This document shows, piece by piece, positions 30,024 to 38,302 of a stretch of 64,000 nucleotides of DNA (position 1 is its first letter; every line of letters starts with the position of its first letter). The position numbers were made by a program, and so were the translations under genes. Below the pieces are notes generated by a model, which did no database searches, was not told the origin of the DNA, and worked only from the letters and a program-made list of their open reading frames with translations. The stretch is from Dehalococcoidia bacterium (GTDB lineage Bacteria; Chloroflexota; Dehalococcoidia; Lucifugimonadales; JAGWBF01). The stretch lies in NCBI GenBank assembly GCA_965220375.1, contig OZ244824.1:1864406-1928405 (forward strand), in the 5' to 3' direction.

Positions 30024-31472
30024 ATGAAGGCGGCGTGTGTCCTTGTCACTCATCTCAGGGCAAAGGCTGAGATAAGACGGCATCCCCATCTGAAGGACAA
30101 GCCCTTCCTGCTGGTGGGCCGCAGCTCAGCAGGGGGGAGGGCGCTGGTGGTGGACAGCTCACCGTGCGCCCCGGCAGAGGCCGGCATGACCTTGGAGGAG
30201 GCTATGTCACGTCATGCAAGCGCGGTCGTGCTGGATGCCGATGAGCCCCACTACCGGCAGATATTCTCCAGGATGCTCACCGCCCTGCAGAGGGTGAGCG
30301 ATCGCGTCGAGGGGTCCGATCTCGGCACTGCCTATGTGCGGCTGGATGGCTTGGAAGGGCTGTACCACGGTGAGGCCGGCGCTGTGTCAGCTTTAATGAA
30401 CGCACTCCCACCACACCTGGCGCCTCGTATCGGTGTGGCTGATGCCAAGTTTCCTGCCATGGTCGCAGCCCGCATATGCGAACCCCGCAGGGCCTTCAAG
30501 GTCCCCGACGATGTCAAGGCTTTCCTTGGGCCCCGCTCTATCGACCTGCTCCCCATCTCCGTCGATGTGAAAAGGGAGATGCGCCAGCTCGGCCTGCACA
30601 CCATGGGGGCGGTCGCATCCATGAGCAGGCATATGCTGACGGACCGCTTTGGGCATAGCGGCGGACGGGCATGGGACCTCTGCAACGGGAGCGATGATAG
30701 CCCCGTTGTTCCCATGGCAGCCGAGGAGCCAATAGTCGAGCACATCTCGCTCCCATTTCCTTCATCCTCTATCCAGACCCTCTTTGCGGCAGTCGATACC
30801 CTTCTCAAGAGGGGATATGCCAGGCGTGAGATGAAGGGCAGGTGCGTGAGCAAGGCAGACCTCCGGTGCTCTGCCTACGGTGCGTCCCCTTGGGATAAAC
30901 CGGTGGCCTTCAAACAGCCGGCGGGCACATGGGAGAGGGCGTCCCTTGCTGTGAAAGGGCGGGTCCAGTTGGACCCGCCGGCCATTCCCGTGGAGGATGT
31001 GACCCTTACCCTGTCGGGTTTCACAGGGGAGTCGGGTGTCCAGATGGGCCTGCTGGATGGTGTAAAGGAGGGCAGGGAGCGTCAGGTAGTGGAGGTGGAC
31101 CGGCGATTGAGGTCGCAGGAGGGGGGAAGCTACGCCCTGTACAAGGTGGCGCAGGTTGCACCCTGGCATCCCGCCTTAGAGACGCGCTTCCTGCAGATGC
31201 CCGTGGATCCGTCGGGAAGAGATGCTGTCAGGCCGTTCAATACGCCGATACCTGTGCAGGTACGGGAGGGGCCGGAGGGCCAGCCCGTGTCTGTGCAGAT
31301 CGAGAATTACTGGCGCTCGGTGGTCGGCATAGCGGATGAATGGAGCTTCCACCTGTGGTGGCTGCCGAAGCCTGTGGACCGTACCTACTATCGTATCGAT
31401 TCCAACGATGGCAGCCGGCTCACCCTGTTCCGGGACAGGTACAACGGCCGATGGTTCCGACAGCGTGGATGA
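30024..31472 (+). CDS. imuB: ImuB-like Y-family DNA polymerase homolog (catalytically inactive type)
   Basis: Y-family-like N-terminus, but with CVLVTHLRAKAE in place of the catalytic D.D.FFA.VE motif. It lies directly upstream of, and overlaps, dnaE2. AAGGAG RBS before ATG 30024. Confidence 0.7.
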   Translation: MKAACVLVTHLRAKAEIRRHPHLKDKPFLLVGRSSAGGRALVVDSSPCAPAEAGMTLEEAMSRHASAVVLDADEPHYRQIFSRMLTALQRVSDRVEGSDLGTAYVRLDGLEGLYHGEAGAVSALMNALPPHLAPRIGVADAKFPAMVAARICEPRRAFKVPDDVKAFLGPRSIDLLPISVDVKREMRQLGLHTMGAVASMSRHMLTDRFGHSGGRAWDLCNGSDDSPVVPMAAEEPIVEHISLPFPSSSIQTLFAAVDTLLKRGYARREMKGRCVSKADLRCSAYGASPWDKPVAFKQPAGTWERASLAVKGRVQLDPPAIPVEDVTLTLSGFTGESGVQMGLLDGVKEGRERQVVEVDRRLRSQEGGSYALYKVAQVAPWHPALETRFLQMPVDPSGRDAVRPFNTPIPVQVREGPEGQPVSVQIENYWRSVVGIADEWSFHLWWLPKPVDRTYYRIDSNDGSRLTLFRDRYNGRWFRQRG

Positions 31473-34400
31473 GACCTGCCCCGCCTCTTCCGGCTACGTC
31501 GAGCTTCATGCCAAGAGCTTCTATTCCTTTGGCATGGGAGCGTCCCACACCCATGAGCTGCTGGCCCAAGCCAAGGAGTACGCTTACCCGGCCTTGGCCC
31601 TGACCGATGTGAACCTCTGCGGGGCGTTGGAGTTCGCGAGGCTTGCCGGCAGCTTGGAAGTTGGACCAATCACCGGCGGCGAGATCACCCTGGATGATGG
31701 CTCGAGGGTCACCCTCCTGGCTGAGACGCCGGCCGGCTATTCCAACATCTCCCGCCTGTTCACCCTTGCCAATGCTGTGGACCGCAGGGAGCCGAAGCTC
31801 GATCCCATCCACCTGTCGGAGCACTCCCAGGGGGTCATTCTGCTGGCGGGGGGACGGCACGGGCAGCTCTCCCGGTTGGCGGCCGGAGGCCGTCCGGGGG
31901 AGGCCCGCGGGCTTCTGAAAAGGTACATGGACTGGTATGGGCCAGGATCGGTGTACGTCGAGCTTCAGCGCAACTTCCTACAGGGAGACGCCGTGCGCAA
32001 CCGGGAGCTGCTGAAGCTTGCCAGGGACGCCGGCGCACCGGTGGTTGCCACCAACGATGTTCATTATCATCATCCAAAGCGCTGTCGGCTCCAGCATGCG
32101 CTGGCGGCTGCGAAGCTCAACACCACCATCGATCGGGCTTTGCCCCATATCTGTCCCAACGATCATCTTTGCTTGAAGCCCCAAGGGGAGATGGTGAGAC
32201 TCTTCGCCGATTGCCCGGAAGCTGTCTCCAACACCCTCCGCATCGCTGAGCGTTGCACCTTCAACCTCAGCAAAGACCTTGGCTACTCGCTGCCCGAGCC
32301 GGCGGTGCCCGGTGAGTACACCCCTGACAGCTTTTTGCAAAGGCTGTGCTATGAAGCTGCTGCCCGGCGGTACGAAGGCGTTGTGCCCCGGCGGGTTGAG
32401 GAGCGCCTCCAAGAAGAGTTCGGGCTGATCGAGAGGCTTAACCTGGCGGGCTTCCTGTTGCTCTATAGAGAGATCGTTATGATAGCCCAGCGGATCATGG
32501 AGGAGCGCGGCCTGACAAGCCCGGAGACGCCGTTGGAGGAGAAGCCTCCCGGACGGGGTCGCGGCTCTTCGGTGGCGCTGCTGGTCGGATACCTCATCGG
32601 CGTCAGCCACGTGGACCCCCTGAGGTGGGACCTCACCTTGGAGCGGTTCATATCCGAAGACATGAAGATGTTGCCGGACATCGACCTGGACTTTCCTCGA
32701 GGTCTCAGGGATGAGCTTATCGAGAGGGTGCACCGCCACTTCGGCCCGGAGTACGCTGTGCTGGCTGGGGCTATCGCCACCTACAGCGTGAAGGGAATCA
32801 TCCAGGATCTGGGCAAAGCCCTGGGGCTTCCCCAGGAGCAGCTTAGCCTGCTCTCCAAGCGGCTCCACTCCCACGACGCAGCCGACCTGCGGGCGGAGAT
32901 GACGGAGCTGCCGGGCTTTCGAGACAAGGTGAATGCCCCGGGGTGGCGCGACCTGCTGGACCTCGCTCCTCAGCTGATGGATGCCCCCAAGGGATTGGGC
33001 CAGCATATCGGCGGCTTGGTGCTTAGCTGTTCTCCCATTCCCAGGATGGTCCCCATAAGGGCAAGCGCTATGGATGGCCGGTTCATAATGGACTGGAACA
33101 AGGACAGCGTGGCTGATGCCGGGTTTGCTAAGATCGATATTCTCTCTCTGCCGGTGCTGGACCAGATAGAAGAAGCGCTAGACCTAGTGGAGGCAAGGGA
33201 GGGCGTACGACCGGACTTGAGCACGATAGACCCGGAGGACCCCAGCGTGTACGACATGATAAACGAGGGCATGTCCAAGGGGGTCTTTCTGCTCCAATCG
33301 CCAGCGCAGCTGAAGATGGGTCAGAGGTTGAGGTCACGCAACCTGCTGGACCTGGCCTACCAGGTTGCGCTTATCCGGCCCGGAGTGGGCACCCAGGGCA
33401 GTGCGGTGTCCCAGTTCGTCGAGCGATACAGGCGGGGGGCGGAATGGGAGTACGACCATCCCCTGGAAAGACGGGCCCTGGAGCGGGGCTACGGGGTCAT
33501 CGTTTGGCAGGAACAGGTTGTGCAGCTCATACAGGATGTGGCGGATATGACGGCGGCGGAGGCCGACGAGGTCCGCCGCGCCTTTGCCAAGCCCAACAGT
33601 GGGCACCTTATCGCCATGCACTGGCGGAGATTCCTGGAGGGCGCGCGACGAAAGGGCATCTCCGAGGAGACCGCAAAGAAGATATTCGGCAAGATCAATG
33701 GCCACTACATGTTCCCGGAGTCCCACTCCCATGCCTTCGCCGTCACCGCTTACCAGGCTGCATGGCTCAAGCGCTACTACCCGTTGGAGTTTTTCATCGC
33801 CCTGATGAACAACCAGCCGATGGGGTTCTACCCGATGGAGACGCTGAAACAGGATGCCCGGCGCTTCGGTGTTCCTTTCCTGAATCCCTGTGTAAACAGA
33901 AGCCGGGCGATGTGCGCCCCCGAAGAGAACTCGGTACGCCTGGGTCTCCGGTTTATCGAAGATATTGGGTCGGAATCGGCGAAGCTAATCGTGGAAGAGA
34001 GGGGGCGTGGGGGCCCCTATGCAAGCGGGAGCGACCTTGTGCAACGGACGGGGGTAAAGCCTCTGGCGGTGCGCTCGCTGGTGATGGCCGGAGCCTTTGA
34101 CAGCATTACGAAAAACCGCAGGGAGGCCCTGTGGGAGGCGGGTCTCCACCTTCGTCCGATGAAGAAGGGACAGATGGTGCTGCCCATATCTACGGAGGAC
34201 AGCGTGCCGGAGATGAGGGACTTCTCCGATGTTGAGAAGATGCGATGGGAGTACGCGACAATGGGGGTCTATCCCAGGGGACACCTGATGGAGTTTGTGC
34301 GACCCAGCCTGGACCGCAATGTGCTGGCCACTGCGGAGATGGAACAATGCGGAGAAGCTGAAGAGATTATCGTTGCCGGCTGGCCGGTGGCAAGGCAACA

Positions 34401-34632
34401 CCCTCGCGGGCGAGATGGCACGGTGTTTGTGACCATCGAGGATGAAACGGGCGATGCCCAGGTAATCATTTGGCGCGACCTGTTCGCCAAACATCGCAGG
34501 GAGCTGGCGAGCCAGGTGATCCAGGTGGCGGGTTACGTATCCCGGTGGGATGGCATGACCAACGTGATAGCGACGGATGTGAAAGCCATCCCTTCAGGCG
34601 TTGCCATGCCGCCCTCCCACGACTGGCGTTAA
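31465..34632 (+). CDS. dnaE2: error-prone DNA polymerase III alpha-like subunit
   Basis: PHP domain start YVELHAKSFYSFGMGAS. Pol III alpha motifs DIDLDF, GKALG, GLGQHIGG, FAKIDILSL, YQVALIRPG, YGVIVWQEQV, ESHSHAF. OB-fold tail. GTG 31465 overlaps the imuB stop (GTGGATGA); the ORF-track start 31336 would overlap imuB by 137 nt. Confidence 0.85.
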   Translation: MDETCPASSGYVELHAKSFYSFGMGASHTHELLAQAKEYAYPALALTDVNLCGALEFARLAGSLEVGPITGGEITLDDGSRVTLLAETPAGYSNISRLFTLANAVDRREPKLDPIHLSEHSQGVILLAGGRHGQLSRLAAGGRPGEARGLLKRYMDWYGPGSVYVELQRNFLQGDAVRNRELLKLARDAGAPVVATNDVHYHHPKRCRLQHALAAAKLNTTIDRALPHICPNDHLCLKPQGEMVRLFADCPEAVSNTLRIAERCTFNLSKDLGYSLPEPAVPGEYTPDSFLQRLCYEAAARRYEGVVPRRVEERLQEEFGLIERLNLAGFLLLYREIVMIAQRIMEERGLTSPETPLEEKPPGRGRGSSVALLVGYLIGVSHVDPLRWDLTLERFISEDMKMLPDIDLDFPRGLRDELIERVHRHFGPEYAVLAGAIATYSVKGIIQDLGKALGLPQEQLSLLSKRLHSHDAADLRAEMTELPGFRDKVNAPGWRDLLDLAPQLMDAPKGLGQHIGGLVLSCSPIPRMVPIRASAMDGRFIMDWNKDSVADAGFAKIDILSLPVLDQIEEALDLVEAREGVRPDLSTIDPEDPSVYDMINEGMSKGVFLLQSPAQLKMGQRLRSRNLLDLAYQVALIRPGVGTQGSAVSQFVERYRRGAEWEYDHPLERRALERGYGVIVWQEQVVQLIQDVADMTAAEADEVRRAFAKPNSGHLIAMHWRRFLEGARRKGISEETAKKIFGKINGHYMFPESHSHAFAVTAYQAAWLKRYYPLEFFIALMNNQPMGFYPMETLKQDARRFGVPFLNPCVNRSRAMCAPEENSVRLGLRFIEDIGSESAKLIVEERGRGGPYASGSDLVQRTGVKPLAVRSLVMAGAFDSITKNRREALWEAGLHLRPMKKGQMVLPISTEDSVPEMRDFSDVEKMRWEYATMGVYPRGHLMEFVRPSLDRNVLATAEMEQCGEAEEIIVAGWPVARQHPRGRDGTVFVTIEDETGDAQVIIWRDLFAKHRRELASQVIQVAGYVSRWDGMTNVIATDVKAIPSGVAMPPSHDWR

Positions 34633-34767
34633 GAGGTCGAGACTGGACATTTATTGGAGAATGTGGCATTCTAATACTTGCCCATAAAGGAGCCCCGGGC
34701 CTGTGCATTAGCAGCCCGCCGGGGTCCTTGCGAACAGCAAAATCTCATAAGCTGGAGGCGTTAAATA

Positions 34768-35577
34768 GTGGCAACAGCAATCAAAACGCGAACCAAGGCA
34801 GACATTATTCCCCCAGCAGGGGTTTATCGGTATTCAGACATGAACCCCACCGAGGTCAAGATCAAGGGCCACAACGGCGATGAGATCCCCGCGTACCTGA
34901 TACGCCCTGAGGAAGAGGGTGTTTTCCCCGGCGTAGTGTTCCCCCATGGCATTCATGGTACCGAGGAGCACGTCAAGGATGTCGCCCGCCGCTTGGCCCT
35001 CTTCGGGTACGTATCCATAATGCCTGCCCTGTACACACGAAGCGGCTTTCGCTCCATCGAGGAGCTGGACCATGATATGGCCCCCGCGGGCGCTGCCCTC
35101 AGGAGTAGGCCCCATGCCCAAGCAGATGGCGACATGCAGGGAGCTCTCGACTACCTGAGTAGCCTCGACTGCGTGGACAGCGACAGGATCGGCATTATCG
35201 GCTTCTGTTCCGGCGGCACGGTTGCACTGTCCTTTGCTTCTGCCACCAAGGACGCAAAGGTAGTGATATCCTGCTACCCAAACAACGCCATAAACCCCAC
35301 CGACGCCAACCCCGTCCCCGTCGTGGACCGCATAAAGGACATCGCCTGCCCCATCTTGCTGATCTCAGGCGTGGAAGATGCCAACCCAACCCCCGAGGAT
35401 ATGGGGAAGATCGAAGCGGAGCTGAGAAGAGCCGGGAAGACTGTGGAGGCCCATGGGTTGAATGAAGCGGCCCATGCCTTCTTCTCCGATTCCCGGGACT
35501 CTTACAGGCCCGAAGCCGCCCATATCGCATGGGGGTACATACTGGACTGGCTTGCCAAGTACTTGAAGTACGCCTAA
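34768..35577 (+). CDS. dienelactone hydrolase family protein (second copy in the window)
   Basis: GVVFPHGIHG, nucleophile elbow GFCSGG, AAHAFF. GTG start. Confidence 0.75.
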   Translation: MATAIKTRTKADIIPPAGVYRYSDMNPTEVKIKGHNGDEIPAYLIRPEEEGVFPGVVFPHGIHGTEEHVKDVARRLALFGYVSIMPALYTRSGFRSIEELDHDMAPAGAALRSRPHAQADGDMQGALDYLSSLDCVDSDRIGIIGFCSGGTVALSFASATKDAKVVISCYPNNAINPTDANPVPVVDRIKDIACPILLISGVEDANPTPEDMGKIEAELRRAGKTVEAHGLNEAAHAFFSDSRDSYRPEAAHIAWGYILDWLAKYLKYA

Positions 35578-35590
35578 CGGCGCTGATACA

Positions 35591-35640
35591 GGACAACCTA
35601 TCGAGACCTCAGAGGCCACTCTGAGGTCTCGATACTGTCC
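35591..35640 (+). terminator. long hairpin after the DLH gene (possible terminator, no U-tract)
   Basis: 13-bp perfect stem ATCGAGACCTCAG / CTGAGGTCTCGAT, extended by GGACA / TGTCC. No T-run follows. Confidence 0.4.
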
Positions 35641-35656
35641 GGGATTCTCCAAATCG

Positions 35657-35685
35657 TTGACAGTATGGGCAAGTTATGGTACATT
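35657..35685 (+). promoter_or_regulatory. sigma70-type promoter of the ABC permease pair
   Basis: TTGACA (35657-35662), 17-nt spacer, TACATT (35680-35685). This implies a leader of about 175 nt before ATG 35869. Confidence 0.45.
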
Positions 35686-35868
35686 CCCGCCCAATACGAG
35701 CTAGCTTGACTAGCCTCGCCCTGGGCAAGAAATCACCTGCTCGTGAGCGTCGCTGGAAGGGTTGATCATCGGGTCCCTACCCTAAAAAGCGAGCGAAGCA
35801 GGGACCAGAGACCACCCAGCGGGTGTGAAGAATACGGGAAACCTATACAAAAGGGCTGAGGGCTTTCT

Positions 35869-36810
35869 ATGCGAAACTACATGATCAGGCGGTCAGCCCA
35901 CTCTGTATTCATAGTGCTCGGCCTAATGGCCCTATTGTTCTTCATGATCCACATTCTCGGGGATCCTGTCGCGCTTCAGCTTCCCGATGATGCCACCCAA
36001 GCGCAGGTAGAGGCGCTGAGCAAGAAACTCGGCTATGACAAGCCCCTATATACTAGGTTCGTGGACTTCTACTGGGGACTGCTAAGGTTTGACTTCGGGA
36101 CCTCCTTGCGTAACGGCGTCCCGGCAATGCAGCAGGTGAGAGAGAAGTTGCCGAACACAGCGTACCTTGCTGTCGCGGTGTGGGCTATCGGAATGATCGG
36201 TGTCCCCATTGGGGTGGTTGCCGCCCAGAGACCCAGGTCGCTTTTTGACAGGTCAGTCAACTTCCTGACCTTTGCGGCCATCTCCATCCCAGGTTTCTGG
36301 CTGGCCTTGATGCTGATACTGATCTTTGCTGTTTGGTTTAGATTACTACCTACATCGGGGTTCAAGGATTTCCCTTGGGACACCGGCTGGGAAAGCATAA
36401 GGTACCTGATACTGCCGGTTATTGCCCTGTCCCCCAACGTGATTGCGAGGAACGCGCAGATTACCCGCGCCACCATGTTGGATGAGATGGGTAAGCAGTA
36501 CGTTGCCACTGCCCGGGCTAAGGGACTCTCAGAACGTACGGTCCAGTATGGCCACGTGATGAAGAACGCTGCTATTGCCATCGTAACCGTTATGGGCGAC
36601 GAACTTGCCCTCTACATGAACGGCTCCACGGTGGTGGAGGTTATATTCGCATGGCCGGGGCTGGGCCTGTTGATCATCCAGGGCATCAACGACCGAGACC
36701 TGCCGGTCGTTACTGCGTCGATATTCATAATAGTGCTGATCGTGATGATCATTAATCTGGCGGTAGATGTCCTGTACACCTATCTAGACCCTCGGATCAG
36801 CTACAAGTAG
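35869..36810 (+). CDS. Opp/Dpp-type ABC transporter permease (DppB/OppB-like)
   Basis: 313 aa, 6 TM. N-terminal MIRR..HSVFIVLG pattern and an EAA-like loop ATARAKGLSERTV typical of DppB/OppB. Confidence 0.85.
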   Translation: MRNYMIRRSAHSVFIVLGLMALLFFMIHILGDPVALQLPDDATQAQVEALSKKLGYDKPLYTRFVDFYWGLLRFDFGTSLRNGVPAMQQVREKLPNTAYLAVAVWAIGMIGVPIGVVAAQRPRSLFDRSVNFLTFAAISIPGFWLALMLILIFAVWFRLLPTSGFKDFPWDTGWESIRYLILPVIALSPNVIARNAQITRATMLDEMGKQYVATARAKGLSERTVQYGHVMKNAAIAIVTVMGDELALYMNGSTVVEVIFAWPGLGLLIIQGINDRDLPVVTASIFIIVLIVMIINLAVDVLYTYLDPRISYK

Positions 36811-36856
36811 CCCAGGTCAAGGCCGTAGGCGGCGGAATCCGAAGTCGGGGTAAGCA

Positions 36857-37870
36857 ATGAGACAAATCGGAGCGGTTGCTGCAAATTCCGGAGTGCCAGC
36901 GAAGCTGGCAGCCTTCTATAGGCACTCGTTGGTACAGTCTTTGCTGTCCGACAGGATTACGCTGCTGGCAGGTCTCTTCATCGTTCTTGTGGTGGTAGCA
37001 TCAATCTTTGCCCCCTGGGTTGCTCCCTATTCTGACGACGGTGGGGGATCAAACCAGTCCCTACACCTGCGCCACGAACCCCCTCTTTCCGACGACTTGA
37101 CGGTGAACAGGCAGGGTGAATTGGTAGATGCCTATCCTGAAGGCAGCAGGTTCTTTGTCCTGGGTACCGACCACCTTGGCCGGGATATGGTAAGCAGGCT
37201 TATCTACGGTGGTCGAATCTCCCTGGCGGTAGCGTTTTCCGGGGTAGTGATAGCATCTGCCATCGGGGTCTTCCTGGGCTTGGTTGCGGGATACTATAAG
37301 GGACTCCTCGATGATGTTATCATGAGAGTTGTGGATGTGTTCATGTCGGTGCCATCCCTCCTCATGGCCCTCATGATCCTATATATCTTGGGCCCCAGCT
37401 TTACAAACATCATATTGGTGTTTGCCATCAGCAGGTGGATGCTTTATTGCCGGGTATCCAGGGGAGTGGTGTTGTCCCTGCGGGAAACGGCTTTCGTCGA
37501 TTCGGCGCGGGCGATAGGGTGCAGCGACGGAAGGATCCTGGTCCGCCATATCTTGCCTAACCTGATCACTCCCATCTTGACTCTGGGAGCCTTGGATGTT
37601 CCCAGGATCATCCTGACGGAAGCCAGCCTCAGCTTCCTGGGATTTGGTATCCAGCCTCCCGATTCGTCATGGGGTCTCATGCTCAACCAGGGCCGGGAGT
37701 ACATCACCAGCGCTTGGTGGGTCGTCACGGAGCCTGGCGTTGCAATATTCCTCACAGCGCTGAGCTTCAACCTCTTCGGAATCTGGATGCGGGGCGTCAG
37801 CGACCCCTTGCAGAGATGGCGCTGGATGAGGTTGACCAGAGAGGCCCGAGCAGCGGGGATCCGCTATTAG
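36857..37870 (+). CDS. Opp/Dpp-type ABC transporter permease (DppC/OppC-like)
   Basis: LGTDHLGRDMVSRLIYGGRISL motif and EAA loop VDSARAIGCSDGRILVRHILPN typical of DppC/OppC. Confidence 0.85.
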   Translation: MRQIGAVAANSGVPAKLAAFYRHSLVQSLLSDRITLLAGLFIVLVVVASIFAPWVAPYSDDGGGSNQSLHLRHEPPLSDDLTVNRQGELVDAYPEGSRFFVLGTDHLGRDMVSRLIYGGRISLAVAFSGVVIASAIGVFLGLVAGYYKGLLDDVIMRVVDVFMSVPSLLMALMILYILGPSFTNIILVFAISRWMLYCRVSRGVVLSLRETAFVDSARAIGCSDGRILVRHILPNLITPILTLGALDVPRIILTEASLSFLGFGIQPPDSSWGLMLNQGREYITSAWWVVTEPGVAIFLTALSFNLFGIWMRGVSDPLQRWRWMRLTREARAAGIRY

Positions 37871-37882
37871 ACCAAAGATTAG

Positions 37883-37929
37883 CTACAAATTAAAAGGCCC
37901 CCAAATGCTGGGGGCCTTTTAATTTGTAG
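37883..37929. terminator. bidirectional intrinsic terminator (perfect 20-bp inverted repeat)
   Basis: CTACAAATTAAAAGGCCCCC, 7-nt loop, GGGGGCCTTTTAATTTGTAG. GC-rich inner stem flanked by A-run and T-run, between the convergent permease gene and the tRNA genes. Confidence 0.8.
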
Positions 37930-37976
37930 TGTTTATGTGTGACGGAGCGGAGCTCTTGTCCTTGGGGAACACGGCT

Positions 37977-38051
37977 TGGAGCGGAAGATGGGATTCGAAC
38001 CCACGACCCTCTCCTTGGCAAGGAGATGCTCTACCACTGAGCCACTTCCGC
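37977..38051 (-). tRNA. tRNA-Gly (anticodon GCC)
   Basis: The reverse complement GCGGAAGTGGCTCAGTGGTAGAGCATCTCCTTGCCAAGGAGAGGGTCGTGGGTTCGAATCCCATCTTCCGCTCCA folds as a cloverleaf. Encoded CCA. Confidence 0.9.
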
Positions 38052-38055
38052 ACGC

Positions 38056-38130
38056 TGGTGCCGAGGGTCGGAATCGAACCAACGACACGTGGATTTTCAG
38101 TCCACTGCTCTACCTCTGAGCTACCTCGGC
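38056..38130 (-). tRNA. tRNA-Phe (anticodon GAA)
   Basis: The reverse complement GCCGAGGTAGCTCAGAGGTAGAGCAGTGGACTGAAAATCCACGTGTCGTTGGTTCGATTCCGACCCTCGGCACCA folds as a cloverleaf. Confidence 0.9.
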
Positions 38131-38174
38131 GGTAACCGCTGGTCCCATTCAAGGTGTTCCAGGCAGACACAGGT

Positions 38175-38203
38175 ATTATATCCACACCCTGTGAGTTTTT
38201 CAA
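38175..38203 (-). promoter_or_regulatory. sigma70-type promoter of tRNA-Phe/tRNA-Gly
   Basis: On the minus strand: TTGAAA, 17-nt spacer, TATAAT, about 45 nt upstream of tRNA-Phe. Confidence 0.6.
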
Positions 38204-38302
38204 CTTGGGATAGCTTCAGCCTGCGTATCGGTGTAAAATACGCCTTCAACTCTCTATTTCTTGAGATGGGTCCGAGTCCAACATATCTCGAAAGAGTGGA
38301 TC

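Noticed and set aside
31336-31464. Upstream ATG 31336 as the dnaE2 start.
   Set aside because: It would overlap imuB by 137 nt and add an N-terminal extension rich in Gly, Ser and Thr. GTG 31465 lies just before the conserved PHP-domain start and overlaps the imuB stop in a typical coupling arrangement. The start remains uncertain without homolog alignment.
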